A DNA stretch of 63,948 nt, counting the filler, from Candidatus Hydrogenedentota bacterium (lineage in GTDB: Bacteria; JBFMHD01): assembly GCA_040752395.1 (NCBI GenBank). It is 11 parts of 11 records of this genome, joined end to end, with 100 filler letters (N's around TTAATTAATTAA, not from the genome) between each part and the next. Parts side by side here need not be neighbours in the genome. Positions count along the whole stretch, not along the records: positions 37,306 to 55,085 come from JBFMHD010000028.1; 10 more parts are not named here. The stretch is one strand, 5' to 3'. Both the position numbers and the translations under genes were made by a program. Shown one piece after another: positions 41,684-50,672 of this stretch. How positions within the stretch are numbered: position 1 is the first letter of the stretch; every line of letters starts with the position of its first letter. Under the pieces are notes generated by a model. That model had not been told where the DNA came from and did not search any database. It saw only the letters and a list, made by a program, of their open reading frames with translations.

Positions 41684-43132
41684 TTACGCCTTCAGCTTTT
41701 TCACTAAAATCTCGTTAACAAGCCTTGGATTTGCTTTGCCTTTTGATTTCTTCATAACCACACCGACTAAAAACCCTAAAGCTTTGTCTTTACCTTTTTT
41801 AAAATCAAAAGCGGTCTCTTGGTTCTCTTTTATAGCTTCTTCAATTAATCTCTCTATCTCTGCTACATCTGTTATCTGAACCAACCCCCTTTCTTTAACT
41901 ATCTCCTCTGGCTCTTTTCCTGTTTCATAGACCTCTTTTACTACCTCCTTCCCAATTTTGCCACTTATCTTATCCTCATCTATTAATCTTAAAATCTGTA
42001 CAAGTCGTTCTGGGGTGAGATTACATTTGTTAATATCAGCATTGTCTCTGTTAATGAAAAAAAGTAATTCAGAAATTATCCAGTTTGCTAATTTCTTTGG
42101 ATCCCCTCTGTAAAGTTTTGCTGTATTTTCAAAATAATCAGCTATGTTTCTATCACTGGTCAATATTTTTATATCATAATCATTTAATCCAAATTCTGTC
42201 TTAAATCTCTCTTTTTTTCTTTTGGGTAATTCTGGCAGACTACTTATTATAGCCTCTATCATATTTTCTGATATCACCAGTGGTACAAGGTCAGGGTCAG
42301 GGAAATATCTATAATCATGTGCTTCTTCTTTTGTTCTCATTGGTATTGTTTTGGAGGATTGTGGATCAAAAAGTCTTGTCTCCTGTATAACTTTTTCACC
42401 ACGTTTAATTACCTTTATCTGTCTATCGATCTCATACTCAAGCGCCTTCTCCACGAATTTAAACGAGTTCATATTTTTAAGTTCTGTTTTGGTCCCGAAC
42501 TTTTCTTCGCCAATCTTTCGAACCGACACATTTGCATCACAGCGTAAACTCCCCTCTTCCATATTACAATCCGAAACATCAAGATACATAAGTATCTGTC
42601 TTAGGGTTTTAAGATAAAGCGAGGCTTGCTGTGCAGTCCTTATATCAGGCTCACTGACTATCTCGATAAGCGGCGTGCCTGTTCTATTATAATCAACATA
42701 ACTCTCTTTAGCTTTCTGTAAATCATCTATAGAATGAACTAATTTACCCGCATCCTCCTCCATATGAATACGAGTTATGCCAATCCTTTTTTTAGTTCCT
42801 TCTTCGACTTCAATCTCCAGGTAGCCGTTACTTGATAAAGGTCTATCGTATTGAGATATCTGATAATTTTTAGGTAGATCCGGGTAAAAATAATTCTTTC
42901 TGTCAAATTTCGAATACTTATTAATTTTACAATTCAAAGCCACTGCTACTTTTATTGCGAATTCAAGCGCTCTTTTGTTAAGAACTGGCAGCGAGCCAGG
43001 TAACCCCAGACACACGGGACAGGTCTGGGTATTGGGCTCTGCACCAAACTTCGTTGAACAATTACAGAATAGTTTTGTCTCTGTTTTTAGTTGGACATGG
43101 ACCTCAAGCCCGATTACAGCCTCGTAATCCAT
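41684..43132 (-). CDS. gatB: Asp/Glu-tRNA amidotransferase subunit B
   Basis: IGLEVHVQL, RKNYFYPDLPKNYQISQ, GSLRCDANVS, DYRYFPDPDL. Confidence 0.98.
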   Translation of the reverse strand: MDYEAVIGLEVHVQLKTETKLFCNCSTKFGAEPNTQTCPVCLGLPGSLPVLNKRALEFAIKVAVALNCKINKYSKFDRKNYFYPDLPKNYQISQYDRPLSSNGYLEIEVEEGTKKRIGITRIHMEEDAGKLVHSIDDLQKAKESYVDYNRTGTPLIEIVSEPDIRTAQQASLYLKTLRQILMYLDVSDCNMEEGSLRCDANVSVRKIGEEKFGTKTELKNMNSFKFVEKALEYEIDRQIKVIKRGEKVIQETRLFDPQSSKTIPMRTKEEAHDYRYFPDPDLVPLVISENMIEAIISSLPELPKRKKERFKTEFGLNDYDIKILTSDRNIADYFENTAKLYRGDPKKLANWIISELLFFINRDNADINKCNLTPERLVQILRLIDEDKISGKIGKEVVKEVYETGKEPEEIVKERGLVQITDVAEIERLIEEAIKENQETAFDFKKGKDKALGFLVGVVMKKSKGKANPRLVNEILVKKLKA

Positions 43133-43134
43133 AA

Positions 43135-43215
43135 CCCTCCTCTGAAAAAGTTCGAAGTTCGGAGTTCGGAGCTCGTATCTATTATTACGAACTCCTAACT
43201 CCTATCTTTTTCATA
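43135..43215. repeat. Compact mosaic element between gatA and gatB
   Basis: TGAAAA-(GGAGTTC)n...(CTCCTAA)n-TTTTCA; its TTTTTCAGAGGAG end is the gatB SD. Confidence 0.88.
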
Positions 43216-44619
43216 TCATCCATCTAAAAAAGTTTTCGGTATCATTCTATGCCAGTTTGTGTTTCTCTGATATATATCAGCAACTTTTAGTATTATTTCT
43301 TCACTAAGTGCAGGTCCAATTATCTGTAAACCAACTGGTAGATTGTTTTTATCAAAACCACAGGGTATAGAGATAGCCGGGATACCAGCAAGATTTACTG
43401 AAATAGTAAATATATCTGACAGATACATAGACAATGGGTCATCTACTTTTTCGCCAATCTTAAATGCAACTGTAGGCGAGGTTGGCGTAATAATAACATC
43501 TACTTTTTTGAAGCTTTCTAAAAAATCCTGTTTTATCAAACTCCTTACTTTCTGAGCCTTTAAATAATAAGCATCATAATATCCTGATGATAGTGCATAT
43601 GTTCCGAGCATAATTCTTCGTTTAACCTCAGACCCGAAACCCGCTCTCCTTGTCTCTTTATACATCGCTATCAAATTCTCTTTTTCAATCCTTAATCCAT
43701 ATTGCACGCCGTCAAATCTGCTAAGATTAGATGAGGCCTCAGCTGTAGCTACAAGATAATAAACAGGCACAGCATATTCTGTATGAGGTAAAGAAATATT
43801 TTCTACCGTTGCTCCAAGAGACTTTAATAATTCTATGGCTTCAAGTACCCTCTCTTTAACATCTTTTTCTATACCCTCAATAAAATATTCTTTTGGTATC
43901 CCGATTTTTAAGCCCTTTATATCACCATTAAGCGCTTGAGTGTATTTTCTTCTATTACCAGGTATTGATGTAGAATCATTCTTATCGTATGATGCTATAA
44001 TTTCAAGGAGTAAAGCTGCATCATAAGCTGTTATTGTGATAGGTCCTATCTGATCAAGACTGGAGCCAAAAGCTACAAGCCCAAATCTTGATACCAGTCC
44101 ATACGTAGGTTTTAAACCAGTCACACCGCAGAAAGCAGCAGGCTGTCTTATTGATCCACCAGTATCAGAACCGAGTGCCCAGGGAACAAGCCTTGCTGCG
44201 ACCGCTGCTGCGCTACCACCGCTCGAACCACCAGGAACATAATCTAAATTCCATGGATTTTTTGTTATAAAAAACGAAGAATTCTCAGTCGATGACCCCA
44301 TAGCAAACTCATCAAGATTGGTCTTCCCCATTATTGTAAAATCTGCCTCTTTAAGTAATTTTACAACTGTAGCATCATACGGTGGTATAAACCCTTTTAA
44401 TATCTTTGAAGCACAGGTTGTCTCTACACCTTCAGTACAAATATTATCTTTTATCCCGATCGGGACACCGTCACCATCTATAATAGTAGTATTTATAAAA
44501 GCATTAATTAAGCTATTATGTTTATCAATTCTCTGTTTATAAAAATTAATCACTTCTTTAGCATTGATACTTTTTTTATCAATCTCTTCTATTAATTCTT
44601 TTGCAGATTTATCAATCAT
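43216..44619 (-). CDS. gatA: Asp/Glu-tRNA amidotransferase subunit A
   Basis: [41 protein letters not shown]. Confidence 0.98.
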   Translation of the reverse strand: MIDKSAKELIEEIDKKSINAKEVINFYKQRIDKHNSLINAFINTTIIDGDGVPIGIKDNICTEGVETTCASKILKGFIPPYDATVVKLLKEADFTIMGKTNLDEFAMGSSTENSSFFITKNPWNLDYVPGGSSGGSAAAVAARLVPWALGSDTGGSIRQPAAFCGVTGLKPTYGLVSRFGLVAFGSSLDQIGPITITAYDAALLLEIIASYDKNDSTSIPGNRRKYTQALNGDIKGLKIGIPKEYFIEGIEKDVKERVLEAIELLKSLGATVENISLPHTEYAVPVYYLVATAEASSNLSRFDGVQYGLRIEKENLIAMYKETRRAGFGSEVKRRIMLGTYALSSGYYDAYYLKAQKVRSLIKQDFLESFKKVDVIITPTSPTVAFKIGEKVDDPLSMYLSDIFTISVNLAGIPAISIPCGFDKNNLPVGLQIIGPALSEEIILKVADIYQRNTNWHRMIPKTFLDG

Positions 44620-44635
44620 TATTATTACTATATTC

Positions 44636-44682
44636 CTCCAGTCTTCAGTAAGGTTTCACCTATCTTGCTTCTTGCCTCTATA
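44636..44682. repeat. Short mosaic element between gatC and gatA
   Basis: CAGTCTTCAGT...TATCTTGCTTCTTGCCTCTA, related to 690-735. Confidence 0.7.
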
Positions 44683-44701
44683 TATCACCAAAGTTACGTT
44701 A

Positions 44702-44989
44702 TTACTCTATTATCTTCGGTACTACAAACTGGCCATCCTTTACTAAAGGTGCAATATTTAAATATTTCTCTCTATCAATACCTTGTTTAACCTCATCATT
44801 ACGTGTTATGTTATAAACATCTATCGTATGAAAGGTTGGTTCAATATTTGTAGTCTCGAGTTGCTTAATCTTTTGTACATACTCAAGGATATTAGCAAGC
44901 TGTTTAGTAAAAAGTTCTTCTTCGTCATTACTAATCCCCAATCTTGCAAGGTTCGCTACATATCTTACAGTTTCTCTTGTAATACTCAT
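44702..44989 (-). CDS. gatC: Asp/Glu-tRNA amidotransferase subunit C
   Basis: MSITRETVRYVANLARL...EPT.H...VPKII; start at 44989. Confidence 0.95.
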   Translation of the reverse strand: MSITRETVRYVANLARLGISNDEEELFTKQLANILEYVQKIKQLETTNIEPTFHTIDVYNITRNDEVKQGIDREKYLNIAPLVKDGQFVVPKIIE

Positions 44990-45168
44990 TTTGCACCCCT
45001 GAAAAGCGTTTTTGAAAAAATTAAGATTAAGAAGTAAAAGGTAAAATGTCAATTAAATTCTGGTCTTGTTTTTGCTTCTTTTAATTAATAACAAAATTAT
45101 TTCTCTTTTTTGTAAAAATTTTTTCTTGAATTTATTCATTGGAGTTATATATAATGTTTTTGTGTAAT

Positions 45169-45312
45169 CCCTCGGTTATTGGTGCAGTAGAACTTATACT
45201 TTAGAAGCAAGAAGCAAGAAGCAAGATAACGGAAGAAGTGAGAAGTGAGAGGTATCAGAAAATAGAAGCAAGAGGCAAGAAGCAAGACTACGGAATTCCA
45301 CTGAAGACTGAG
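45169..45312. repeat. Mosaic element, long form of 690-765
   Basis: CCTCGGTTATTGGTGCAGTAGAACTTATACTTTAGAAGCAAG...CCACTGAAGACTGAG with an extra internal block. Confidence 0.88.
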
Positions 45313-45415
45313 AACGTGTGAAAAAATTAGACTTTTTTAGAAAACAAAGAGTTACCCGGTATTAATGATGATTATTTCACACGTTCTGAGGGAATACGTT
45401 TTTGTGAGGTTAATT

Positions 45416-46852
45416 ATGTTAAAGAAATCATTTATCTATCTACTTTTTATATTTTTTATTTCTGTTCCGCTTTTTGCCGAGTCTACTCAAGAAATAGGGA
45501 AAGTTGTTTTTGTTAAAGGTGATGAGTTTTATTTTGATATTGGCGAGACCACGGGTTTACGGCCCGGAATGAACGTTGAGGTATATAAGATAGGTTCTGA
45601 GATAAAAGACCCGAATACAGATGCTATTTTAGGCTATGAGGAAGAAAAAATAGCCAGCGGTGAAGTTATATTCGTTCGGGAACAGATAAGTTGTGCCAAA
45701 GCTAAAGACCTCTCGGCCTCCATCCAGATAAATGTAGGTGACAAAGTTGTCGCTTATCTTTTTTCGCCAGCAAAAGACGAGATTGAAGGTTATGCAGGCC
45801 CATTACTATATAAAACAGCTCCAACAAGTCCTGATGTTATTGCAGAGTTTCTCATAGATAAATTCGAGGCAAAAGATTTTACACTTGGCGATTTTAACGG
45901 CGATGGTAGAAAAGAGATAGCTGTTACTAATGGTGAAGACATATTGTTTTATACTTATTACGGTGCTAAATTTATGCATTACTATACTTTCAAGGGCCCC
46001 TGGAACGCTAAATTTATTGATGTTTCAGCCGGTGATTTCAATGCAAATCAAAAAGATGAATTATTCGTTACAAATAAGCCCGGAAATTTCACTCAGCTAC
46101 TCGTTTATGAATTCGATACTAACAAGAACGAGTTAATTGAACTTTTTAAAACTAAAAATCGGTATGCAAATGTTGTTACGCTTAATCGTGAAAAAATACT
46201 GCTTGGCCAGGAATACGGATATACAAGCCCATTTATAGGACCTGTTCTGAGATTAATATGGAAAGGAACAAATCTAACGGGTCGAAAAATGAATCTGCCT
46301 CATGTTGATTCTTTATATGGTTTTCTACCACTGGACTTTACTGGCGACGGGTTTGACGAGTATGCTGCTCTTGATAGAGACGACTTTTTGAGACTCTATA
46401 ATTCAAATAATAAAGAGATATATAAATCGCCAATGAAATACGGTGGCTCTAATATCAAAATTATCGCACGTGATAGAAAAACACAAGGATATAAAATAGA
46501 TTTAATAAGAAAAGATGACCTCGATGGTGATTTAATCCAGGAAATAATCGCTGTAAAAAATATCAGACTTATGGATAGCGCACTTTTTGCTTTAAAAGGT
46601 GGTTTGAACCCGTTCAGAGATAGCCAGATCTTTGGCCTGAAATATAAAATGGGGATGCTTGAGGTAATATGGGAAACCCAGAAACTCGGTGGTTATATAT
46701 GTAATCTTGAAATAACTGATATTAATGAAGATAATAAAAAAGACCTGCTTATCTGTATTATTACTGACTTTGATAAAAAAGGTAAATCTGTACTTCGGGC
46801 ATTTGATTTAAAAACATTACAGCTAAAAAAAACTTCTGAAACCACTAAATAG
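45416..46852 (+). CDS. Secreted FG-GAP/VCBS repeat protein
   Basis: Signal peptide from MLKKSF; repeats GDFNGDGRKEI, GDFNANQKDEL, DFTGDGFDE, DLDGDLIQEI. Confidence 0.8.
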   Translation: MLKKSFIYLLFIFFISVPLFAESTQEIGKVVFVKGDEFYFDIGETTGLRPGMNVEVYKIGSEIKDPNTDAILGYEEEKIASGEVIFVREQISCAKAKDLSASIQINVGDKVVAYLFSPAKDEIEGYAGPLLYKTAPTSPDVIAEFLIDKFEAKDFTLGDFNGDGRKEIAVTNGEDILFYTYYGAKFMHYYTFKGPWNAKFIDVSAGDFNANQKDELFVTNKPGNFTQLLVYEFDTNKNELIELFKTKNRYANVVTLNREKILLGQEYGYTSPFIGPVLRLIWKGTNLTGRKMNLPHVDSLYGFLPLDFTGDGFDEYAALDRDDFLRLYNSNNKEIYKSPMKYGGSNIKIIARDRKTQGYKIDLIRKDDLDGDLIQEIIAVKNIRLMDSALFALKGGLNPFRDSQIFGLKYKMGMLEVIWETQKLGGYICNLEITDINEDNKKDLLICIITDFDKKGKSVLRAFDLKTLQLKKTSETTK

Positions 46853-46863
46853 CAGGTGACTAA

Positions 46864-47979
46864 ATGCGGCTATGTGTTATATGTCCTACGTTCCAGCCTT
46901 CAAAAATACCCTGCGGCGTTGGTGATTACACAACTATACTTGTTAATCATATCTCAAAACTACACAAATTAGAGATCACAGTAATTTCATCAAAACATTA
47001 TACAGGTGAGAAAAATGATTGTATTATAACAAATTACGAATTAAATAAAACATTGGGAATTATTAAATTATTCTTTTTTCTATATAAACAAAGATTTGAT
47101 ATATTACTTATTGAATACTCACCTCCTCTTTATGATAAATTTTTATTCATCATAAACTTAGTACCTCTTTTGAGACTCTTTACAAAAACTAAAATTATAT
47201 TTTCTTTCCATACTCTTTATGGGAATTTCTTATCAAAACTTATGCTTATACCTGCTCTTATTTTTTCTTGCCATCTAATTTCTACGAACGAGGAGATAGA
47301 TGCCATATTTGAGAAAAGACTTAGATTTTTTAAATATAAACTCTCATCAATACCAATAGGCTCAAATATCTTCCCTTTAACTATGAACCTGTCAATCGGT
47401 GATCTCGGGAAATCTTTAGGATTAAAAGAGAATATTTTAACTCTTATATATTTTGGTTTTTATTATCCTGGCAAAGATATAGATATTTTTATCAAAGCTT
47501 TGAAAATTTTAAAAGAAAAAGGATTGGATTTTCAGTGCATCTTTGCCGGTAGTAAATGGCCATACACACCTCAATATTATGATGAAATGAAAAAACTCTG
47601 CACTCTTTTAAATCTGGATTCACATTGTATCTGGACAGGTTACCTACCACCCGAAAAAGTAGCTTTGTATCTATCTATCGCTGACATCTCTGTTAACCCT
47701 TCAAGCGCTGGCTTAACCTCAAGAAATGGCAGTGTAATGGCATCAGTAGTATTTAATATACCAATAATCGGCACAAATGTTAAAACCTCAAAATACTTTA
47801 TTGATAATAAGACCTGTTTATTATTTGAAGCCAGGAATTGTGTTGAGCTTGCTTCCTGTATCATAAAACTATCGCAAAATAAAGAACTTTATAATACCAT
47901 AAAATCTAATCTAAAAGAACTATCTAATATCTTTGACTGGGATAAAATAGCAGAAGAACACTGTAAATTATTTGAGTGA
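46864..47979 (+). CDS. GT4 family glycosyltransferase
   Basis: CGVGDYT, FGF..PGK, WTGYLP, ADISVNP, FDWDKIA. Confidence 0.9.
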   Translation: MRLCVICPTFQPSKIPCGVGDYTTILVNHISKLHKLEITVISSKHYTGEKNDCIITNYELNKTLGIIKLFFFLYKQRFDILLIEYSPPLYDKFLFIINLVPLLRLFTKTKIIFSFHTLYGNFLSKLMLIPALIFSCHLISTNEEIDAIFEKRLRFFKYKLSSIPIGSNIFPLTMNLSIGDLGKSLGLKENILTLIYFGFYYPGKDIDIFIKALKILKEKGLDFQCIFAGSKWPYTPQYYDEMKKLCTLLNLDSHCIWTGYLPPEKVALYLSIADISVNPSSAGLTSRNGSVMASVVFNIPIIGTNVKTSKYFIDNKTCLLFEARNCVELASCIIKLSQNKELYNTIKSNLKELSNIFDWDKIAEEHCKLFE

Positions 47980-48094
47980 ATGAATTTCGACTCCTCATCC
48001 TAAGACCCCTGACTCTGAGCACTACACCTATAACCATGTTAGTCGACATTCTGCATAATGTTAAATTGGAAATTTTAGCCCGTTAGATTTTGTT

Positions 48095-48195
48095 TATCTT
48101 GCCTCTTGCTTTTACTTGATATTATTATAGTTACAGCGTTTTTCAGAGGAGTAAAAATAAATTTGCGATTTACAATTTACAATGGAGCAAAATGA
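48095..48195 (+). repeat. Mosaic element upstream of ppx (RBS module plus TTTACAA module)
   Basis: TCTTGCCTCTTGCTTTTACTTGATATTATTATAGTTACAGCGTTTTTCAGAGGAG...TTTACAATTTACAATGGAGC. Confidence 0.88.
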
Positions 48196-48199
48196 CAAA

Positions 48200-49141
48200 A
48201 TGTCTGAATTATACTCAAGTATCGATCTTGGAACTAACACATTGCGACTCTTAATAGCAGAATTCAAATACCCATATTTACAGCCCATTGAGATGCTTAT
48301 CTCTATGCCACGAATCGGCGCTGATCTTATTAATACAAACTATATTGATACAAACTCATTAAAAAGAACTATTCATTACTTAAGAGTTTATTCTAAAATA
48401 TTGAATAATTATTCAATAAAAAACCCTATCTGTTTTGCTACCGCTTCTCTACGTTATGCGAAAAATAAAAATACTGTTCTACAAAAAATTAAGAAAGCCA
48501 CAGATCTCGAATTCACTGCAATTAGCGGTGAGAAAGAAGGCTATTTATCATTTCTTGGTGCCACTTATTCGCTTGGTTCAAAATTTAAAGAAAAATTAGT
48601 TATGGTTATAGATATAGGTGGTGGTTCAACTGAATTGTCAGTTGGTTATCCCTGCAGGAAACCAATTATCAGTCATAGTCTTCGGCTTGGCTCCTGTATG
48701 CTATGCGAAAAATTCAACCTATTCGAATACCCTGATAAAAAATCTATACTCAATGCAAAAGAATATATCATCGAGCAAATTAAAACTTTGAAAAAATTTC
48801 AATTTACCCATTTAATAGGTGTTGCCGGAACAATTACTACATTAAAAACAATCAGTTTGAAACTTGAAATATATAAAAAATCACTTATACAGAACTCCAC
48901 GCTGTCATTAAACGAGGTCTCTGAAATATATAATTTAGTAAAAATATTATCAATAAAACAAAGACTCTCTATGAAAGGGTTACCAGAGGGTAGAGCTGAT
49001 GTGATTATTGGTGGAAGTCTTATTACAAAAACAATACTTGAATACTTTGACGTTAATTCATTAATAGTTTCTGATGAGGACATAATGTATGGTGTTATAT
49101 ACGAAAAAGTAGGAACTAAGAAAGCCGGGTGTAGTCCGTAG
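48200..49141 (+). CDS. ppx: Ppx/GppA exopolyphosphatase (short form)
   Basis: IDLGTNTLRLLIA, ATASLR, ISGEKEG, DIGGGSTE, RADVIIGG. Confidence 0.9.
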   Translation: MSELYSSIDLGTNTLRLLIAEFKYPYLQPIEMLISMPRIGADLINTNYIDTNSLKRTIHYLRVYSKILNNYSIKNPICFATASLRYAKNKNTVLQKIKKATDLEFTAISGEKEGYLSFLGATYSLGSKFKEKLVMVIDIGGGSTELSVGYPCRKPIISHSLRLGSCMLCEKFNLFEYPDKKSILNAKEYIIEQIKTLKKFQFTHLIGVAGTITTLKTISLKLEIYKKSLIQNSTLSLNEVSEIYNLVKILSIKQRLSMKGLPEGRADVIIGGSLITKTILEYFDVNSLIVSDEDIMYGVIYEKVGTKKAGCSP

Positions 49142-49241
49142 CCTGTAGCCTGTAGCCCGTCCTGACACCTCTCACTTCTTCCGTTATCTTGCTTCTTGCC
49201 TCTACTTGATATCATTAGAGTTACAATGTTTTTCAGAGGAG
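49124..49241 (+). repeat. Mosaic element joining ppx and dus; contains the ppx stop and the dus SD
   Basis: GCCGGGTGTAGTCCGTAG(stop)CCTGTAGCC...TTTTTCAGAGGAG-5 nt-ATG. Confidence 0.92.
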
Positions 49242-49246
49242 ATGAT

Positions 49247-50347
49247 ATGCACCACCAGGCTTTATTTAATCAGAATAAAACACCTGTCTTTCTCGCACCT
49301 ATGGCAGGAGTTTACGATTATCCAGTAAGAAGACTTTATAGAGAAGTCTTTGATAAACTAAAATCAAATCAAAACGATTCTTTGTATTGTTTTACCGAAC
49401 TATTAAGTGCAAAGGCTTTATCTCTTAAAGATAAAAAAACTCTCTCCCTGATACCTAAAGACGAAATAAATACGAGTATCCAGCTTTTTGGTAGTTGCGA
49501 ATATGATTTTCTAAAAGCATTAGAATTTTTACAAAATAATGGAATCAATAAACCCGTTGATATAAATCTTGGTTGCTCTGTAAAAAAAGTAATGAAATCA
49601 GGTGCCGGGATTAAATTAATGGAATCACCTGATAATCTAGTTGGTATTATAAAAACTATTAAATCTCTTTTTAAACTCCCGGTCTCAGTAAAAGCAAGAC
49701 TTGGTTATAAAGAAGTATTAATACTTAAAATCGCGCCTTATTTAGAAGAAGCAGGATTGGATTTTATAACATTACACCCAAGACTCGGTAAAGAAACATA
49801 CGCCAATAAACCGAGATGGGAATATATAAAATTATTAAAAGATACTCTTAAAATCCCTGTTATAGGTAACGGTAATATTACTAACACAAAACAAGCAAAA
49901 GAAATGCTTATTCTAACAAATTGTGATGGTATTATGATAGGTCGTGGTGCTATGGGTTTATTTGATCTTCCTTATATTATATATAGTTCCATAAATGAGG
50001 CAGTGCCTCAACCCATTCTGCCATCTGATAGCTGCTATCCCATATCGCAAGAACAAACTGTACTCGCAAAAATAAAAAGTTCTGCTGAGAAAGAGACGGA
50101 TGAGGCAGTGCCTCAACCCAAAATGCTATCTATCTCAGAAAGAATAAAGCTCTTTTATACCCTTATAAACTATTATCTTGAGGAATATAAAGAGAAAAAA
50201 GCCCTGGTTCAAATACGAAAACATCTATGCTGGGGTATAAAATTCTTCAAAGGAGCTAAAACTATTCGGCCAGAGATTATGGCAGCTGACTCAGTTGAAG
50301 AGATTCTTAAAATCATCTCCAGACTCGAAGTATATCTGAATTATTAA
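49247..50347 (+). CDS. dus: tRNA-dihydrouridine synthase
   Basis: LAPMAG, IQLFG, DINLGC, VSVKARLG, TLHPR, IGNGNI, GIMIGRGA. Confidence 0.93.
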   Translation: MHHQALFNQNKTPVFLAPMAGVYDYPVRRLYREVFDKLKSNQNDSLYCFTELLSAKALSLKDKKTLSLIPKDEINTSIQLFGSCEYDFLKALEFLQNNGINKPVDINLGCSVKKVMKSGAGIKLMESPDNLVGIIKTIKSLFKLPVSVKARLGYKEVLILKIAPYLEEAGLDFITLHPRLGKETYANKPRWEYIKLLKDTLKIPVIGNGNITNTKQAKEMLILTNCDGIMIGRGAMGLFDLPYIIYSSINEAVPQPILPSDSCYPISQEQTVLAKIKSSAEKETDEAVPQPKMLSISERIKLFYTLINYYLEEYKEKKALVQIRKHLCWGIKFFKGAKTIRPEIMAADSVEEILKIISRLEVYLNY

Positions 50348-50389
50348 TCAAATAAAAATTCAATAGACAGAAAGAGTCAATCCTTTATT

Positions 50390-50581
50390 ATGTCAAATCA
50401 TATTTCTTGCGGCAAGAGTTTATTGGACGATATTTTGAAAAACGTTTCAGTGCTAGTTCTTCCCGAACCAAATAACCGCTATTCCAAGACTGAGAGTACA
50501 TCCATACTGAATTTTGTCCGTCAGGGTGGTGGACTTTTACTCACAGCAGACCATATTGGGTCTGATAGGGTGAATGGGTGA
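50390..50581 (+). pseudogene. Fragment of a class I GATase-like (DUF4350-type) domain
   Basis: VLVLPEPN..Y...E...ILNFVRQGGGLLL.ADH in a 63-aa ORF. Confidence 0.55.
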
Positions 50582-50618
50582 AGAATATAAAGAGAAAAAA
50601 GCCAGTTACTATAAATAT

Positions 50619-50646
50619 TAAAGATTTTGCCTTCTTAAGTCGATTT
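50619..50646 (+). promoter_or_regulatory. Putative sigma-28 promoter of the diguanylate cyclase
   Basis: TAAA-N16-GTCGATTT, same spacing as upstream of flgM. Confidence 0.45.
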
Positions 50647-50672
50647 AAATAATAGAGATTTTCTAATAAAAT

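Noticed and set aside
31135-49246. Shared N-terminal peptide [14 protein letters not shown] on rfaD, hisG, rpsE and dus in the ORF track
   Set aside because: It is a translation of the RBS module. It is out of frame or stopped for dnaB, gatB, rpsH and 23294, so the in-frame cases are about what chance predicts. True starts follow GAGGAG.
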